Under the pieces are notes generated by a model. It searched no databases and had not been told where the DNA came from. It saw only the letters and a program-made list of their open reading frames with translations. This document shows, one piece after another, positions 43,450 through 59,300 of a DNA stretch of 64,000 nucleotides (within the stretch, counting starts at the first letter, position 1; each line of letters begins with the position of its first letter). Source of the DNA: the human T2T-CHM13v2.0 reference genome, Homo sapiens. Position numbers and translations under genes: made by a program. Location of the stretch: assembly GCF_009914755.1 (NCBI RefSeq), contig NC_060925.1; one strand, given 5' to 3'.

Positions 43450-46400
43450 ATCTAATGGAATCATTGAACAGAATTGAATGGAATCGTCATCGAATGAATT
43501 GAATGCAATCATCGAATGGTCTCGAATGGAATCATCTTCTAATGGAAAGGAATGGAATCATCGCATAGAATCGAATGGAATTAACATTGAATGGACTCGA
43601 ATGGAATCAACATCAAACGGAATCAAGCGCAATTATCGAATGGAATCGAAGAGAATCATCGAATGGACTCGAATGGAATCATCTAATGGAATGGAATGGA
43701 ATAATCCACGGACTCGAATGCAATCATCATCGTATAGAATCGAATGGAATCATCGAATGGACTCGAATGGAATAATCATTGAACGGAATCGAATGGAATC
43801 ATCATCGGATGGAAACGAATGGAATCATCATCGAATGGAAATGAAAGGAGTCATCATCTAATGGAATTGCATGGAATCATCATAAAATGGAATCGAATGG
43901 AATCAACATCAAATGGAATCAAATGGAATCATTGAACGGAATTGAATGGAATCGTCATCGAATGAATTGAATGCAATCATCGAATGGTCTCGAATGGAAT
44001 CATCTTCAAATGGAATGGAATGGAATCATCGCATAGAATCGAATGGAATTATCATCGAATGGAATCGAATGGAATCAACATCAAACGGAAAAAAACGGAA
44101 TTATCGAATGGAATCGAAGAGAATCATCGAACGGACCCGAATGGAATCATCTAATGGAATGGAATGGAATAATCCATGGACTCGAATGCAATCATCATCG
44201 AATGGAATGGAATGGAATCATCGAATGGACTCGAATGGAATAATCATTGAACGGAATCGAATGGAATCATCATCGGATGGAAACGAATGGAATCATCATC
44301 GAATGGAAATGAAAGGATTCATCATCTAATGGAATTGCATGGAATCATCATAAAATGGATTCGAATGGAATCAACATCAAATGGAATCAAATGGAATCAT
44401 TGAACGGAATTGAATGGAATCGTCAACGAATGAATTGAATGCAATCATCGAATGGTCTCGAATGGAATCATCTTCAAATGGAATGGAATGGAATCATCGC
44501 ATAGAATCGAATGGAATTATCATCGAATGGAATCGAATGGAATCAACATCAAACGGAAAAATCGGAATTATCGTATGGAATCGAAGAGAATCATCGAATG
44601 GACCCGAATGGAATCATCTAATGGAGTGGAATGGAATAATCCATGGACTCGAATGCAATCATCATCGAATGGAATCGAATGGAATCATCGAATGGACTCG
44701 AATGGATTAATCATCGAACGGAATCGAATGAAGTCATCATCGGATGGAAATGAATGGAATCATCATCGAATGGAATCGAATAGAATTATGGAATGAAATC
44801 CAGTGTGATCATCATCGAATGGACCCGAATGGAATCATCATCCAACGGAACCTAATGGAATCAACATCGAATGAATCGAATGGAAACACCATCGAATTGA
44901 AACGAATGGAATTATCATGAAATTGAAATGGATGGACTCATCATCGAATGGATTCGAATGGAATCAACGAATAAAATTGATTGAAATCATCAACATATGG
45001 AATCGAATGGTATCATTGAATGGAATCGAATGGAATCATCATCAGATGGAAATGAATGGAATCGTCATAGAATGGAATCGAATGGATTCATTGAATGGAA
45101 TCAGATGGAATCTTCGAATGGACTGGAATGGAATAATTGAATGGACTCGAAAGGGATCATTATTGAATGGAATTGAATGGAATCATCGAATGGTCTCGAT
45201 TGGAATCATTATCAAATGGAATCGAATGGAATCACCGAATAGAATCGAATGGAACAATCATCGAATGGACTCAAATGAAATTATCCTCAAGTGGAATCGA
45301 ATGGAATTATCGAATGCAATCGAATGGAATTATCGAATGCAATCGAATAGAATCATCGAATGGACTCGAATGGAATCATCGAATGGAATGGAATGGAACA
45401 GTCAATGAACTCGAATGGAATCATCATTGAATGGAATCGAATGGAATCATCGAGTGGAATCGAATGGAATTATGATCAAATGGAATCGAATGTAATCATC
45501 ATCAAATGGAATCAAAAATAACCATCATCAATTGGCATTCAATGGAATTGTCATCAAATGGAATTCAAAGGTATCATCATCAAATGGAACCGAATGGAAT
45601 CCTCATTGAATGGAAATGAAAGGGGTCATCATCTAATGGAATCACATGGAATCATCATCAAATGGAATCGAATGGAATCATCATCAAATGGAATCTAATG
45701 GAATCATTGAACAGAATTGAATGGAATCGTCATCGAATGAATTGAATGCAATCATCGAATGGTCTCGAATGGAATCATCTTCTAATGGAAAGGAATGGAA
45801 TCATCGCATAGAATCGAATGGAATTAACATTGAATGGACTCGAATGGAATCAACATCAAACGGAATCAAGCGGAATTATCGAATGGAATCGAAGAGAATC
45901 ATCGAATGGACTCGAATGGAATCATCTAATGGAATGGAATGGAATAATCCACGGACTCGAATGCAATCATCATCGTATAGAATCGAATGGAATCATCGAA
46001 TGGACTCGAATGGAATAATCATTGAACGGAATCGAATGGAATCATCATCGGATGGAAACGAATGGAATCATCATCGAATGGAAATGAAAGGAGTCATCAT
46101 CTAATGGAATTGCATGGAATCATCATAAAATGGAATCGAATGGAATCAACATCAAATGGAATCAAATGGAATCATTGAACGGAATTGAATGGAATCGTCA
46201 TGGAATGAATTGAATGCAATCATCGAATGGTCTCGAATGGAATCATCTTCAAATGGAATGGAATGGAATCATCGCATAGAATCGAATGGAATTATCATCG
46301 AATGGAATCGAATGGAATCAACATCAAACGGAAAAAAACGGAATTATCGAATGGAATCGAAGAGAATCATCGAACGGACCCGAATGGAATCATCTAATGG

Positions 46401-49400
46401 AATGGAATGGAATAATCCATGGACTCGAATGCAATCATCATCGAATGGAATGGAATGGAATCATCGAATGGACTCGAATGGAATAATCATTGAAAGGAAT
46501 CGAATGGAATCATCATCGGATGGAAACGAATGGAATCATCATCGAATGGAAATGAAAGGATTCATCATCTAATGGAATTGCATGGAATCATCATAAAATG
46601 GAATCGAATGGAATCAACATCAAATGGAATCAAATGGAATCATTGAACGGAATTGAATGGAATCGTCAACGAATGAATTGAATGCAATCATCGAATGGTC
46701 TCGAATGGAATCATCTTCAAATGGAATGGAATGGAATCATCGCATAGAATCGAATGGAATTATCATCGAATGGAATCGAATGGAATCAACATCAAACGGA
46801 AAAATCGGAATTATCGTATGGAATCGAAGAGAATCATCGAATGGACCCGAATGGAATCATCTAATGGAGTGGAATGGAATAATCCATGGACTCGAATGCA
46901 ATCATCATCGAATGGAATCGAATGGAATCATCGAATGGACTCGAATGGAATAATCATCGAACGGAATCGAATGAAGTCATCATCGGATGGAAATGAATGG
47001 AATCATCATCGAATGGAATCGAATAGAATTATGGAATGAAATCCAGTGTGATCATCATCGAATGGACCCGAATGGAATCATCATCCAACGGAACCTAATG
47101 GAATCAACATCGAATGAATCGAATGGAAACACCATCGAATTGAAACGAATGGAATTATCATGAAATTGAAATGGATGGACTCATCATCGAATGGATTCGA
47201 ATGGAATCAACGAATAAAATTGATTGAAATCATCAACATATGGAATCGAATGGTATCATTGAATGGAATCGAATGGAATCATCATCAGATGGAAATGAAT
47301 GGAATCGTCATAGAATGGAATCGAATGGATTCATTGAATGGAATCAGATGGAATCTTCGAATGGACTGGAATGGAATAATTGAATGGACTCGAAAGGGAT
47401 CATTATTGAATGGAATTGAATGGAATCATCGAATGGTCTCGATTGGAATCATTATCAAATGGAATCGAATGGAATCACCGAATAGAATCGAATGGAACAA
47501 TCATCGAATGGACTCAAATGAAATTATCCTCAAGTGGAATCGAATGGAATTATCGAATGCAATCGAATGGAATTATCGAATGCAATCGAATAGAATCATC
47601 GAATGGACTCGAATGGAATCATCGAATGGAATGGAATGGAACAGTCAATGAACTCGAATGGAATCATCATTGAATGGAATCGAATGGAATCATCGAGTGG
47701 AATCGAATGGAATTATGATCAAATGGAATCGAATGTAATCATCATCAAATGGAATCAAAAATAACCATCATCAATTGGCATTCAATGGAATTGTCATCAA
47801 ATGGAATTCAAAGGTATCATCATCAAATGGAACCGAATGGAATCCTCATTGAATGGAAATGAAAGGGGTCATCATCTAATGGAATCACATGGAATCATCA
47901 TCAAATGGAATCGAATGGAATCATCATCAAATGGAATCTAATGGAATCATTGAACAGAATTGAATGGAATCGTCATCGAATGAATTGAATGCAATCATCG
48001 AATGGTCTCGAATGGAATCATCTTCTAATGGAAAGGAATGGAATCATCGCATAGAATCGAATGGAATTAACATTGAATGGACTCGAATGGAATCAACATC
48101 AAACGGAATCAAGCGGAATTATCGAATGGAATCGAAGAGAATCATCGAATGGACTCGAATGGAATCATCTAATGGAATGGAATGGAATAATCCACGGACT
48201 CGAATGCAATCATCATCGTATAGAATCGAATGGAATCATCGAATGGACTCGAATGGAATAATCATTGAACGGAATCGAATGGAATCATCATCGGATGGAA
48301 ACGAATGGAATCATCATCGAATGGAAATGAAAGGAGTCATCATCTAATGGAATTGCATGGAATCATCATAAAATGGAATCGAATGGAATCAACATCAAAT
48401 GGAATCAAATGGAATCATTGAACGGAATTGAATGGAATCGTCATGGAATGAATTGAATGCAATCATCGAATGGTCTCGAATGGAATCATCTTCAAATGGA
48501 ATGGAATGGAATCATCGCATAGAATCGAATGGAATTATCATCGAATGGAATCGAATGGAATCAACATCAAACGGAAAAAAACGGAATTATCGAATGGAAT
48601 CGAAGAGAATCATCGAACGGACCCGAATGGAATCATCTAATGGAATGGAATGGAATAATCCATGGACTCGAATGCAATCATCATCGAATGGAATGGAATG
48701 GAATCATCGAATGGACTCGAATGGAATAATCATTGAAAGGAATCGAATGGAATCATCATCGGATGGAAACGAATGGAATCATCATCGAATGGAAATGAAA
48801 GGATTCATCATCTAATGGAATTGCATGGAATCATCATAAAATGGAATCGAATGGAATCAACATCAAATGGAATCAAATGGAATCATTGAACGGAATTGAA
48901 TGGAATCGTCAACGAATGAGTTGAATGCAATCATCGAATGGTCTCGAATGGAATCATCTTCAAATGGAATGGAATGGAATCATCGCATAGAATCGAATGG
49001 AATTATCATCGAATGGAATCGAATGGAATCAACATCAAACGGAAAAATCGGAATTATCGTATGGAATCGAAGAGAATCATCGAATGGACCCGAATGGAAT
49101 CATCTAATGGAGTGGAATGGAATAATCCATGGACTCGAATGCAATCATCATCGAATGGAATCGAATGGAATCATCGAATGGACTCGAATGGAATAATCAT
49201 CGAACGGAATCGAATGAAGTCATCATCGGATGGAAATGAATGGAATCATCATCGAATGGAATCGAATAGAATTATGGAATGAAATCCAGTGTGATCATCA
49301 TCGAATGGACCCGAATGGAATCATCATCCAACGGAAGCTAATGGAATCAACATCGAATGAATCGAATGGAAACACCATCGAATTGAAACGAATGGAATTA

Positions 49401-49480
49401 TCATGAAATTGAAATGGATGGACTCATCATCGAATGGATTCGAATGGAATCATCGAATAAAATTGATTGAAATCATCAAC
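43450..49480 (+). repeat. About 2.7 tandem copies of a 2,243-bp three-subrepeat unit
   Basis: Markers at 44917, 47160 and 49403. Shared GGAAAAATCGG (1-bp deletion), CGTCAACGAA, ATGGAGTGGA, AAAGGATTC and ATGAAGTC. Confidence 0.92.
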
Positions 49481-50099
49481 AAATGGAATCGAATGGTATC
49501 ATTGAATGGAATCGAATGGAATCATCATCAGATGGAAATGAATGGAATCGTCATAGAATGGAATCGAATGGCTTCATTGAATGGAATCAGATGGAATCAT
49601 CGAATGGACTGGAATGGAATCATTGAATGGACTCGAAAGGATTCATTATTGAATGGAATTAAATGGAATCATCGAATGGTCTCGATTGGAATCATTATCA
49701 AATGGAATCGAATGGAATCACCGAATAGAATCGAATGGAACAATCATCGAATGGAGTCAAATGGAATTATCCTCAAATGGAATCGAATGGAAATATCGAA
49801 TGCAATCGAATGGAATTATCGAATGCAATCGAATAGAATCATCGAATGGACTCGAATGGAATCATCGAATGGAAAGGAATGGAACAGTCAATGAACTCGA
49901 ATGGAATCATCATTGAATGGAATCGAATGGAATCATCGAGTGGAATCGAATGGAATTATGATCAAATGGAATCGAATGTAATCATCATCAAATGGAATCA
50001 AAAATAACCATCATCAATTGGTATTGAATGGAATTGTCATCAAATGGAATTCAAAGGAATCATCATCAAATGGAACCGAATGGAATCCTCATTGAATGG

Positions 50100-53000
50100 A
50101 AATGAAAGGGGTCAACATCTAATGGAATCGCATGGAATCATCATCAAATGGAATCGAATGGAATCATCATCAAATGGAATCTAATGGAATCATTGAACAG
50201 AATTGAATGGAATCGTCATCGAATGAATTGAATGCAATCATCGAATGGTCTCGAATGGAATCATCTTCTAATGGAAAGGAATGGAATCACCGCATAGAAT
50301 CGAATGGAATTAACATTGAATGGACTCGAATGGAATCCACATCAAACGGAATCAAGCGGAATTATCGAATGGAATCGAAGAGAATCATCGAATGGACTCG
50401 AATGGAATCATCTAATGGAATGGAATGGAATAATCCACGGACACGAATGCAATCATCATCGTATAGAATCGAATGGAATCACCGAAAGGACTCGAAAGGA
50501 ATAATCATTGAACGGAATCGAATGGAATCATCATCGGATGGAAACGAATGGAATCATCATCGAATGGAAATGAAAGGAGTCATCATCTAATGGAATTGCA
50601 TGGAATCATCATAAAATGGAATCGAATGGAATCAACATCAAATGGAATCAAATGGAATCATTGAACGGAATTGAATGGAATCGTCATCGAATGAATTGAA
50701 TGCAATCATCGAATGGTCTCGAATGGAATCATCTTCAAATGGAATAGAATGGAATCATCGCATAGAATCGAATGGAATTATCATCGAATGTTATCGAATG
50801 GTGTCAAAAACAAACGGAACAAAACGGAATTATCGAATGGAATCGAAGAGAATCATCGAACGGACCCGAATGGAATCATCTAATGGAATGGAATGGAATA
50901 ATCCATGGACTCGAATGCAATCATCATCGAATGGAATCGAAAGGAATCATCGAATGGACTCGAATGGAATAATCATTGAACGGAATTGAATGGAATCATC
51001 ATCGGATGGAAACGAATGGAATCATCATCGAATGGAAATGAAAGGAGTCATGTAATGGAATTGCATGGAATCATCATAAAATGGAATCGAATGGAATCAA
51101 CATCAAGTGGAATCCAATGGAATCATTGAACGGAATTGAATGGAATCGTCATCGAATGAATTGAATGCAATCATCTAATGGTCTCGAATGGAATCATCTT
51201 CAAATGGAATGGAGTGGAATCATCGCATAGAATCGAATGGAATTATCATCGAATGGAATCGAATGGAATCAACAACAAACGGAAAAAAAAGGAATTATCG
51301 AATGGAATCAAAGAGAATCATCGAATGGACCCGAATGGAATCATCTAATGGAACGGAATGGAATAATCCATGGACTCGAATGCAATCATCATCGAATGGA
51401 ATCGAATGGAATCATCGAATGGACTCGAATGAAATAATCATAGAACGGAATCGAATGGAATCATCATCGGATGGAAATGAATGGAATCATCATCGAATGG
51501 AATCGAATAGAATTATGGAATGAAATCCAGTGTGATCATCATCGAATGCACCCGAATGGAATCATCATCCAACGGAATCTAATGGAAACAACATCGAATG
51601 AATCGAATGGAAACACCATCGAATTGAAACGAGTGGAATTATCATGAAATTGAAATGGATGGACTCATCATCGAATGGATTCGAATGGAATCATCGAATA
51701 AAATTGATTGAAATCATCATCAAATGGAATCGAATGGTATCATTGAATGGAATCGAATGGAATCATCATCAGATGGAAATGAATGGAATCGTCATAGAAT
51801 GGAATCGAATGGATTCATTGAATGGAATCAGATGGAATCATCGAATGGACTGGAATGGATTCATTGAATGGACCCGAGAGGGATCATTATTGAATGGAAT
51901 TGAATGGAATCATGGAATGGTCTCGATTGGAATCATTATCAAATGGAATCGAATGGAATCACCGAATAGAATCGAATGGAACAATCATCGAATGGACTCC
52001 AATGGAATTATCCTCAAATGGAATCGAATGGAATTATCGAATGCAATCGAATGGAATTATCGAATGCAATCGAATAGAATCATCGAATGGACTCGAATGG
52101 AATCATCGAATGGAATGGAATGGAACAGTCAATGAACTCGAATGGAATCATCATTGAATGGAATCGAATGGAATCATCGAGTGGAATCGAATGGAATTAT
52201 GATCAAATGGAATCGAATGTAATCATCATCAAATGGAATCAAAAATAACCATCATCAATTGGTATTGAATGGAATTCTCATCAAATGGAATTCAAAGGAA
52301 TCATCATCAAATGGAACCGAATGGAATCCTCATTGAATGGAAATGAAAGGAGTCAACATCTAATGGAATCGCATGGAATCATCATCAAATGGAATCGAAT
52401 GGAATCATCATCAAATGGAATCTAATGGAATCATTGAACAGAATTGAATGGAATCGTCATCGAATGAATTGAATGCAATCATCGAATGGTCTCGAATGGA
52501 ATCATCTTCTAATGGAAAGGAATGGAATCACCGCATAGAATCGAATGGAATTAACATTGAATGGACTCGAATGGAATCCACATCAAACGGAATCAAGCGG
52601 AATTATCGAATGGAATCGAAGAGAATCATCGAATGGACTCGAATGGAATCATCTAATGGAATGGAATGCAATAATCCACGGACTCGAATTCAATCATCAT
52701 CGTATAGAATCGAATGGAATCATTGAATGGACTCGAATGGAATAATCATTGAACGGAATCAAATGGAATCATCATCGGATGGAAACGAATGGAATCATCA
52801 TCGAATGGAAAAGAAAAGAGTCATCATCTAATGGAATTGCATGGAATCATCATAAAATGGAATCGAATGGAATCAACATCAAATGGAATCAAATGGAATC
52901 ATTGAACGGAATCGAATGGAATCGTCATCGAATGAATTGAATGCAATCATCGAATGGTCTCGAATGGAATCATCTTCTAATGGAAAGTAATGGAATCATC

Positions 53001-54250
53001 GCATAGAATCGAATGGAATTAAAATTGAATGGACTCGAATGGAATCAACATCAAACGGAAAAAAACGGAATTATCGAATGGAATCGAAGAGAATCATCGA
53101 ATGGACCCGAATGGAATCATCTAATGGAATGGAATGGAATAATCCATGGACTCGAATGCAATCATCATCGAATGGAATCGAATGGAATCATCGAATGGAC
53201 TCGAATGGAATAATCATTGAACGGAATCGAATGGAATCATCATCGGATGGAAACGAATGGAATCATCATCGAATGGAAATGAAAGGAGTCTTGTAATGGA
53301 ATTACATGGAATCATCATAAAATGGAATCGAATGGAATCAACATCAAATGGAATCCAATGGAATCATTGAACGGAATTGAATTAATCGTCATCGAATCAA
53401 TTGAATGCAATCATCGAATGGTCTCGAATGGAATCATGTTCAAATGGAATGGAATGGAATCATCGCATAGAATCTAATGTAATTATCATCGAATGGAATC
53501 GAATGAAATCAACAACAAACGGAAAAAAAGGAATTATCGAATGGAATCAAAGAGAATCATCGAATGGACCCGAATGGAATCATCTAATGGAACGGAATGG
53601 AATAATCCATGGACTCGAATGCAATCATCATCGAATGGAATCGAATGGAATCATCGAATGGACTCGATTGAAATAATCATAGAACGGAATCGAATGGAAT
53701 CATCATCGGATGGAAATGAATGGAATCATCATCGAATGGAATCGAATAGAATTATGGAATGAAATCCAGTGTGATCATCATCGAATGCACCCGAATGGAA
53801 TCATCATCCAACGGAATCTAATGGAAACAACATCGAATGAATCGAATGGAAACACCATCGAATTGAAACGAGTGGAATTATCATGAAATTGAAATGGATG
53901 GACTCATCATCGAATGGATTCGAATGGAATCATCGAATAAAATTGATTGAAATCATCATCAAATGGAATCGAATGGTATCATTGAATGGAATCGAATGGA
54001 ATCATCATCAGATGGAAATGAATGGAATCGTCATAGAATGGAATCGAATGGATTCATTGAATGGAATCAGATGGAATCATCGAATGGACTGGAATGGAAT
54101 CATTGAATGGACTCGAGAGGGATCATTATTGAATGGAATTGAATGGAATCATGGAATGGTCTCGATTGGAATCATTATCAAATGGAATCGAATGGAATCA
54201 CCGAATAGAATCGAATGGAACAATCATCGAATGGACTCCAATGGAATTAT
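50100..54250 (+). repeat. More diverged pair of about 2,240-bp three-subrepeat units
   Basis: Markers 51644/53883. Shared GAATCCACATC, GGAGTC(A/T)TGTAATGG (3-bp deletion), GAATGCACCC, AATGGAAACAAC, GAGAGGG and ACTCCAATGG. Confidence 0.85.
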
Positions 54251-56339
54251 CCTCAAATGGAATCGCGTGGAATTATCGAATGCAATCGAATGGAATTATC
54301 GAATGCAATCGAATAGAATCATCGAATGGACTCGAATGGAATCATCGAATGGAATGGAATGGAACAGTCAATGAACACGAATGGAATCATCATTGAATGG
54401 AATCGAATGGAATCATCGAGTGGAATCGAATGGAATTATGATCAAATGGAATCGAATGTAATCATCATCAAATGGAATCAAAGATAACCATCATCAATTG
54501 GTATTGAATGGAATTGTCATCAAATGGAATTCAAAGGAATCATCACCAAATGGAACCGAAAGGAATCCTCATTGAATGGAAATGAAATGGGTCATCATCT
54601 AATGGAATTGCATGGAATCATCATCAAATGGAATCGAATGGAAACATCATCAAATGGAATCTAATGGAATCATTGAACAGAATTGAATGGATTCGTCATC
54701 GAATGAATTGAATGCAATCATCGAATGGTCTCAAATGGAATCATCTTCTAATGGAAAGGAATGGAATCATCGCATAGAATCGAATGGAATTAACATTGAA
54801 TGGACTCGAATGGAATCAACATCAAACGGAATCAAGCGGAATTATCGAATGGAATCGAAGAGAATCATCGAATGGACTCGAATGGAATCATCTAATGGAA
54901 TGGAATGGAATAATCAACGGACTCGAATGCAATCATCATCGTATAGAATCGAATGGAATCATCGAATGGACTCGAATGGAATAATCATTGAACGGAATCG
55001 AATGGAATAATCATCAGATCGAAACGAATGGAATCATCATCGAATGGAAATGAAAGGAGTCATCTAATGGAATTTCATGAAATCATCATCAAATGGAATC
55101 GAATGGAATCAACATCAAATGGAATCAAATGGAATCATTGAACGGAATTGAATGGAATCGTCATCGAATGAATTGAATGCAATCATCGAATGGTCTCGAA
55201 TGGAATCATCTTCAAATGGAATGGAATGGAATCATCGCATAGAATCGAATGGAATTATCATCGAATGGAATCGAATGGAATCAACATCAAACGGAAAAAA
55301 ACGGAATTATCGAATGGAATCGAAGAGAATCATCGAATGGACCCGAATGGAATCATCTAATGGAATGGAATGGAATAATCCATGGACTCGAATGCAATCA
55401 TCATCGAATGGAATCGAATGGAATCATCGAGTGGAATCGAATGGAATTATGATCAAATGGAATTGAATGTAATCATCATCAAATGGAATCAAAAATAACT
55501 ATCATCAATTGGTATTGAATGGAATTCTCATCAAATGGAATTCAAAGGAATCATCATCAAATGGAACCGAATGGAATCCTCATTGAATGGAAATGAAAGG
55601 GGTCATCATCTAATGGAATCGCATGGAATCATCATCAAATGGAATCGAATGGAATCATCATCAAATGGAATCTAATGGAATCATTGAACAGAATTGAATG
55701 GAATCGTTATCGAATGAATTGAATGCAATCATCGAATGGTCTCGAATGGAATCATCTTCTAATGGAAAGGAATGGAATCATCGCATAGAATCGAATGGAA
55801 TTAACATTGAATGGACTCCAATGGAATCAACAAAAAAAGGAATCAAGCGGAATTATCGAATGGAATCGAAGAGAATCATCGAATGGACTCGAATGGAATC
55901 ACCTAATGGTATGTAATGGAATAATCCACGGACTCGAATGCAATCATCATCGTATAGAATCGAATGGAATCATCGAATGGACTCGAATGGAATAATCATT
56001 GAACGGAATCGAATGGAATCATCATCGGATGGAAACGAATGGAATCATCATCGAATGGAATCGAATAGAATTTTGGAATGAAATCCAGTGTGATCATCAT
56101 CGAATGGACCCGAATGGAATCATCATCCAACGGAAGCTAATGGAATCAACATCGAATGAATCGATTGGAAACACCATCGAATTGAAACGAATGGAATTAT
56201 CATGAAATTGAAATGGACGGACTCATCATCGAATGGATTCGAATGGAATCATCGAATAAAATTGATTGAAATCATCATCAAATGGAATCGAATGGTATCA
56301 TTGAATGGAATCGAATGGAATCATCATCAGATGGAAACG

Positions 56340-59300
56340 AATGGAATCATCATTGAATGGAAATGAAAGGAGTCATCATCTAATGGAATTGCATGGAATC
56401 ATCATCAAATGGAATCGAATGGAATCAACATCAAATGGAATCAAATGGAATCATTGAACGGAATTGAATGGAATCGTAATCGAATGAATTGAATGCAATC
56501 ATCGAATGGTCTCGAATGGAATCATCTTCAAATGAAATGGAATGGAATCATTGCATAGAATCGAATGGAATTATCATCGAATGGAATCAAATGTTATCAA
56601 CATCAAATGGAAAAAAACGGAATTATCGCATGGAATCGAAGAGAATCATCGAATGGACACGAATGGAATCATCTAATGGAATGGAATGGAATAATCCATG
56701 GACTCGAATGCAATCATCATCGAATGGAATCGAATGGAATCATCGAATGGAGTCGAATGGAATAATCATTGAACGGAATCGAATGGAATCATCATCGGAT
56801 GGAAATGAATGGAATCATCATCGAATGGAATCGAATAGAATTATGGAATGAAATCCAGTGTGATCATCATCGAATGGACCCGAATAGAATCATCATCCAA
56901 CGGAAGCTAATGGAATCAACATCGAATGAATCTAACAGAAACACCATCGAATTGAAATAAAGGGAATTATCATGAAATTGGAATGGATGGACTCATCATC
57001 GAATGGATTCGAATGGAATCATAGAATAAAATTGATTGAAATCATCATCAAATGGAATCGAATGGTATCATTGAATGGAATCGAATGAAATCGTCATCAG
57101 ATGGAAATGAATGGAATCGTCATAGAATGGAATCGAATGGATTCATTGAATGGAATCAGATGGAATCATCGAATGGACTGGAATGGAATCATTGAATGGA
57201 CTTGAAAGATATCATTATTGAATGGAATTGAATGGAATCATTGAATGGTCTCGATTGGAATCATTATAAAATGGAATCGAATGGAATCACCGAATAGAAT
57301 CGAATGGAACAATCATCGAATGGACTCAAATGGAATTATCCTCAAATGGAATTGAATGGAATTATCGAATGCAATCGAATGGAATTATCGAATGCAATCG
57401 AATAGAATCATCGAATGGACTCGAATGGAATCATCGAATGGAATGGAATGGAACAGTCAATGAACACGAATGGAATCATCATTGAATGGATTCAAATGGA
57501 ATCATCGAGTGGAATCGAATGGAATTATGATCAAATGGAATCGAATGTAATCATCATCAAATGGAATCAAAAATAACCATCATCAATTGGTAGTGAATGG
57601 AATTGTCATCAAGTGGAATTCAAAGGAATCATCATCAAATGGAACCGAATGGAATCCTCATTGAATGGAAATGAAAGGGGTCATCATCTAATGGAATCGC
57701 ATGGAATCATCATCAAATGGAATCGAATGGAATTATCATTAAATGGAATCTAATGGAATCATTGAACAGAATTGAATGGAATCGTCATCGAATGAATTGA
57801 ATGCAATCATCGAATGGTCTCGAATGGAATCATCTTCTAATGGAAAGGAATGGAATCATCGCATAGAATCGAATGGAATTAACATTGATGGACTCGAATG
57901 GAATCAACATCAAACGGAATTAAGCGGAATTATCGAATGGAATCGAAGAGAATCATCGAATGGACTCGAATGGAATCATCTAATGGAATGGAATGGAATA
58001 ATCCCCGGACTCGAATGCAATCATCATCGTATAGAATCGAGTGGAATCATCGAATGGACTCGAATGGAATAATCATTGAATGGAATCGAATGGAATCATC
58101 ATCGGATGGATACGAATGGATTCATCATCGAATGGAAATGAAAGGAGTCATCATCTAATGGAATTGCATGGAATCATCATAAAATGGAATTGAATGGAAT
58201 CAACATCAAATGGAATCAAATGGAATCATTGAACGGAATTGAATGGAATCGTCATCGAATGAATTGAATGCAATCATCGAATGGTCTCAAATGGAATCAT
58301 CTTCAAATGGAATGGAATGGAATCATCGCATAGAATCGAATGGAATTATCATCGAACGGTATCAACATCAAACGGAAAAAAACGGAATTATCGAATGGAA
58401 TCGAAGAGAATCATCGAATGGACCCGAATGGAATCATCTAATGGAATGGAATGGAATAATCCATGGACTCGAATGCAATCATCATCGAATGGAATCGAAT
58501 GGAATCATCGAATGGACTCGAATGGAATAATCATTGAACGGAATCGAATGGAATCATCATCGGATGGAAATGAATGGAATCATCATCGAATGGAATCGAA
58601 TAGAATTATGGAATGAAATCCAGTGTGATCATCATCGAATGGACCCGAATGGAATCATCATCCAACGGAAGCTAATGGAATCAACATCGAATGAATCGAA
58701 TGGAAACACCATCGAATTGAAACGAATGGAATTATCATGAAATTGAAATGGATGGAGTCATCATCGAATGGATTCGAATGGAATCATCGAATAAAATTGA
58801 TTGAAATCATCAAATGGAATCGAATGGTATCATTGAATGGAAACGAATGGAATCATCATCAGATGGAAATGAATGGAATCGTCATAGAATGGAATCGAAT
58901 GGATTCATTGAATGGAATCAGATGGAATCATCGAATGGACTGGAATGGAATCATTGAATGGACTCGAAAGGGATCATTATTGAATGGAATTGAATGGAAT
59001 CATCGAATGGTCTCGATTGGAATCATTACCAAATGGAATCGAATGGAATCACCGAATAGAATCGAATGGAACAATCATCGAATGGACTCAAATGGAATTA
59101 CCCTCAAATGGAATCGAATGGAATTATCGAATGCACTCGAATGGAATTATCGAATGCATTCGAATAGAATCATCGAATGGACTCGAATGGAATCATCGAA
59201 TGGAATGGAATGGAACAGTCAATGAACTCGAATGGAATCATCATTGAATGGAATCGAATGGAATCATCGAGTGGAATCGAATGGAATTATGATCAAATGG

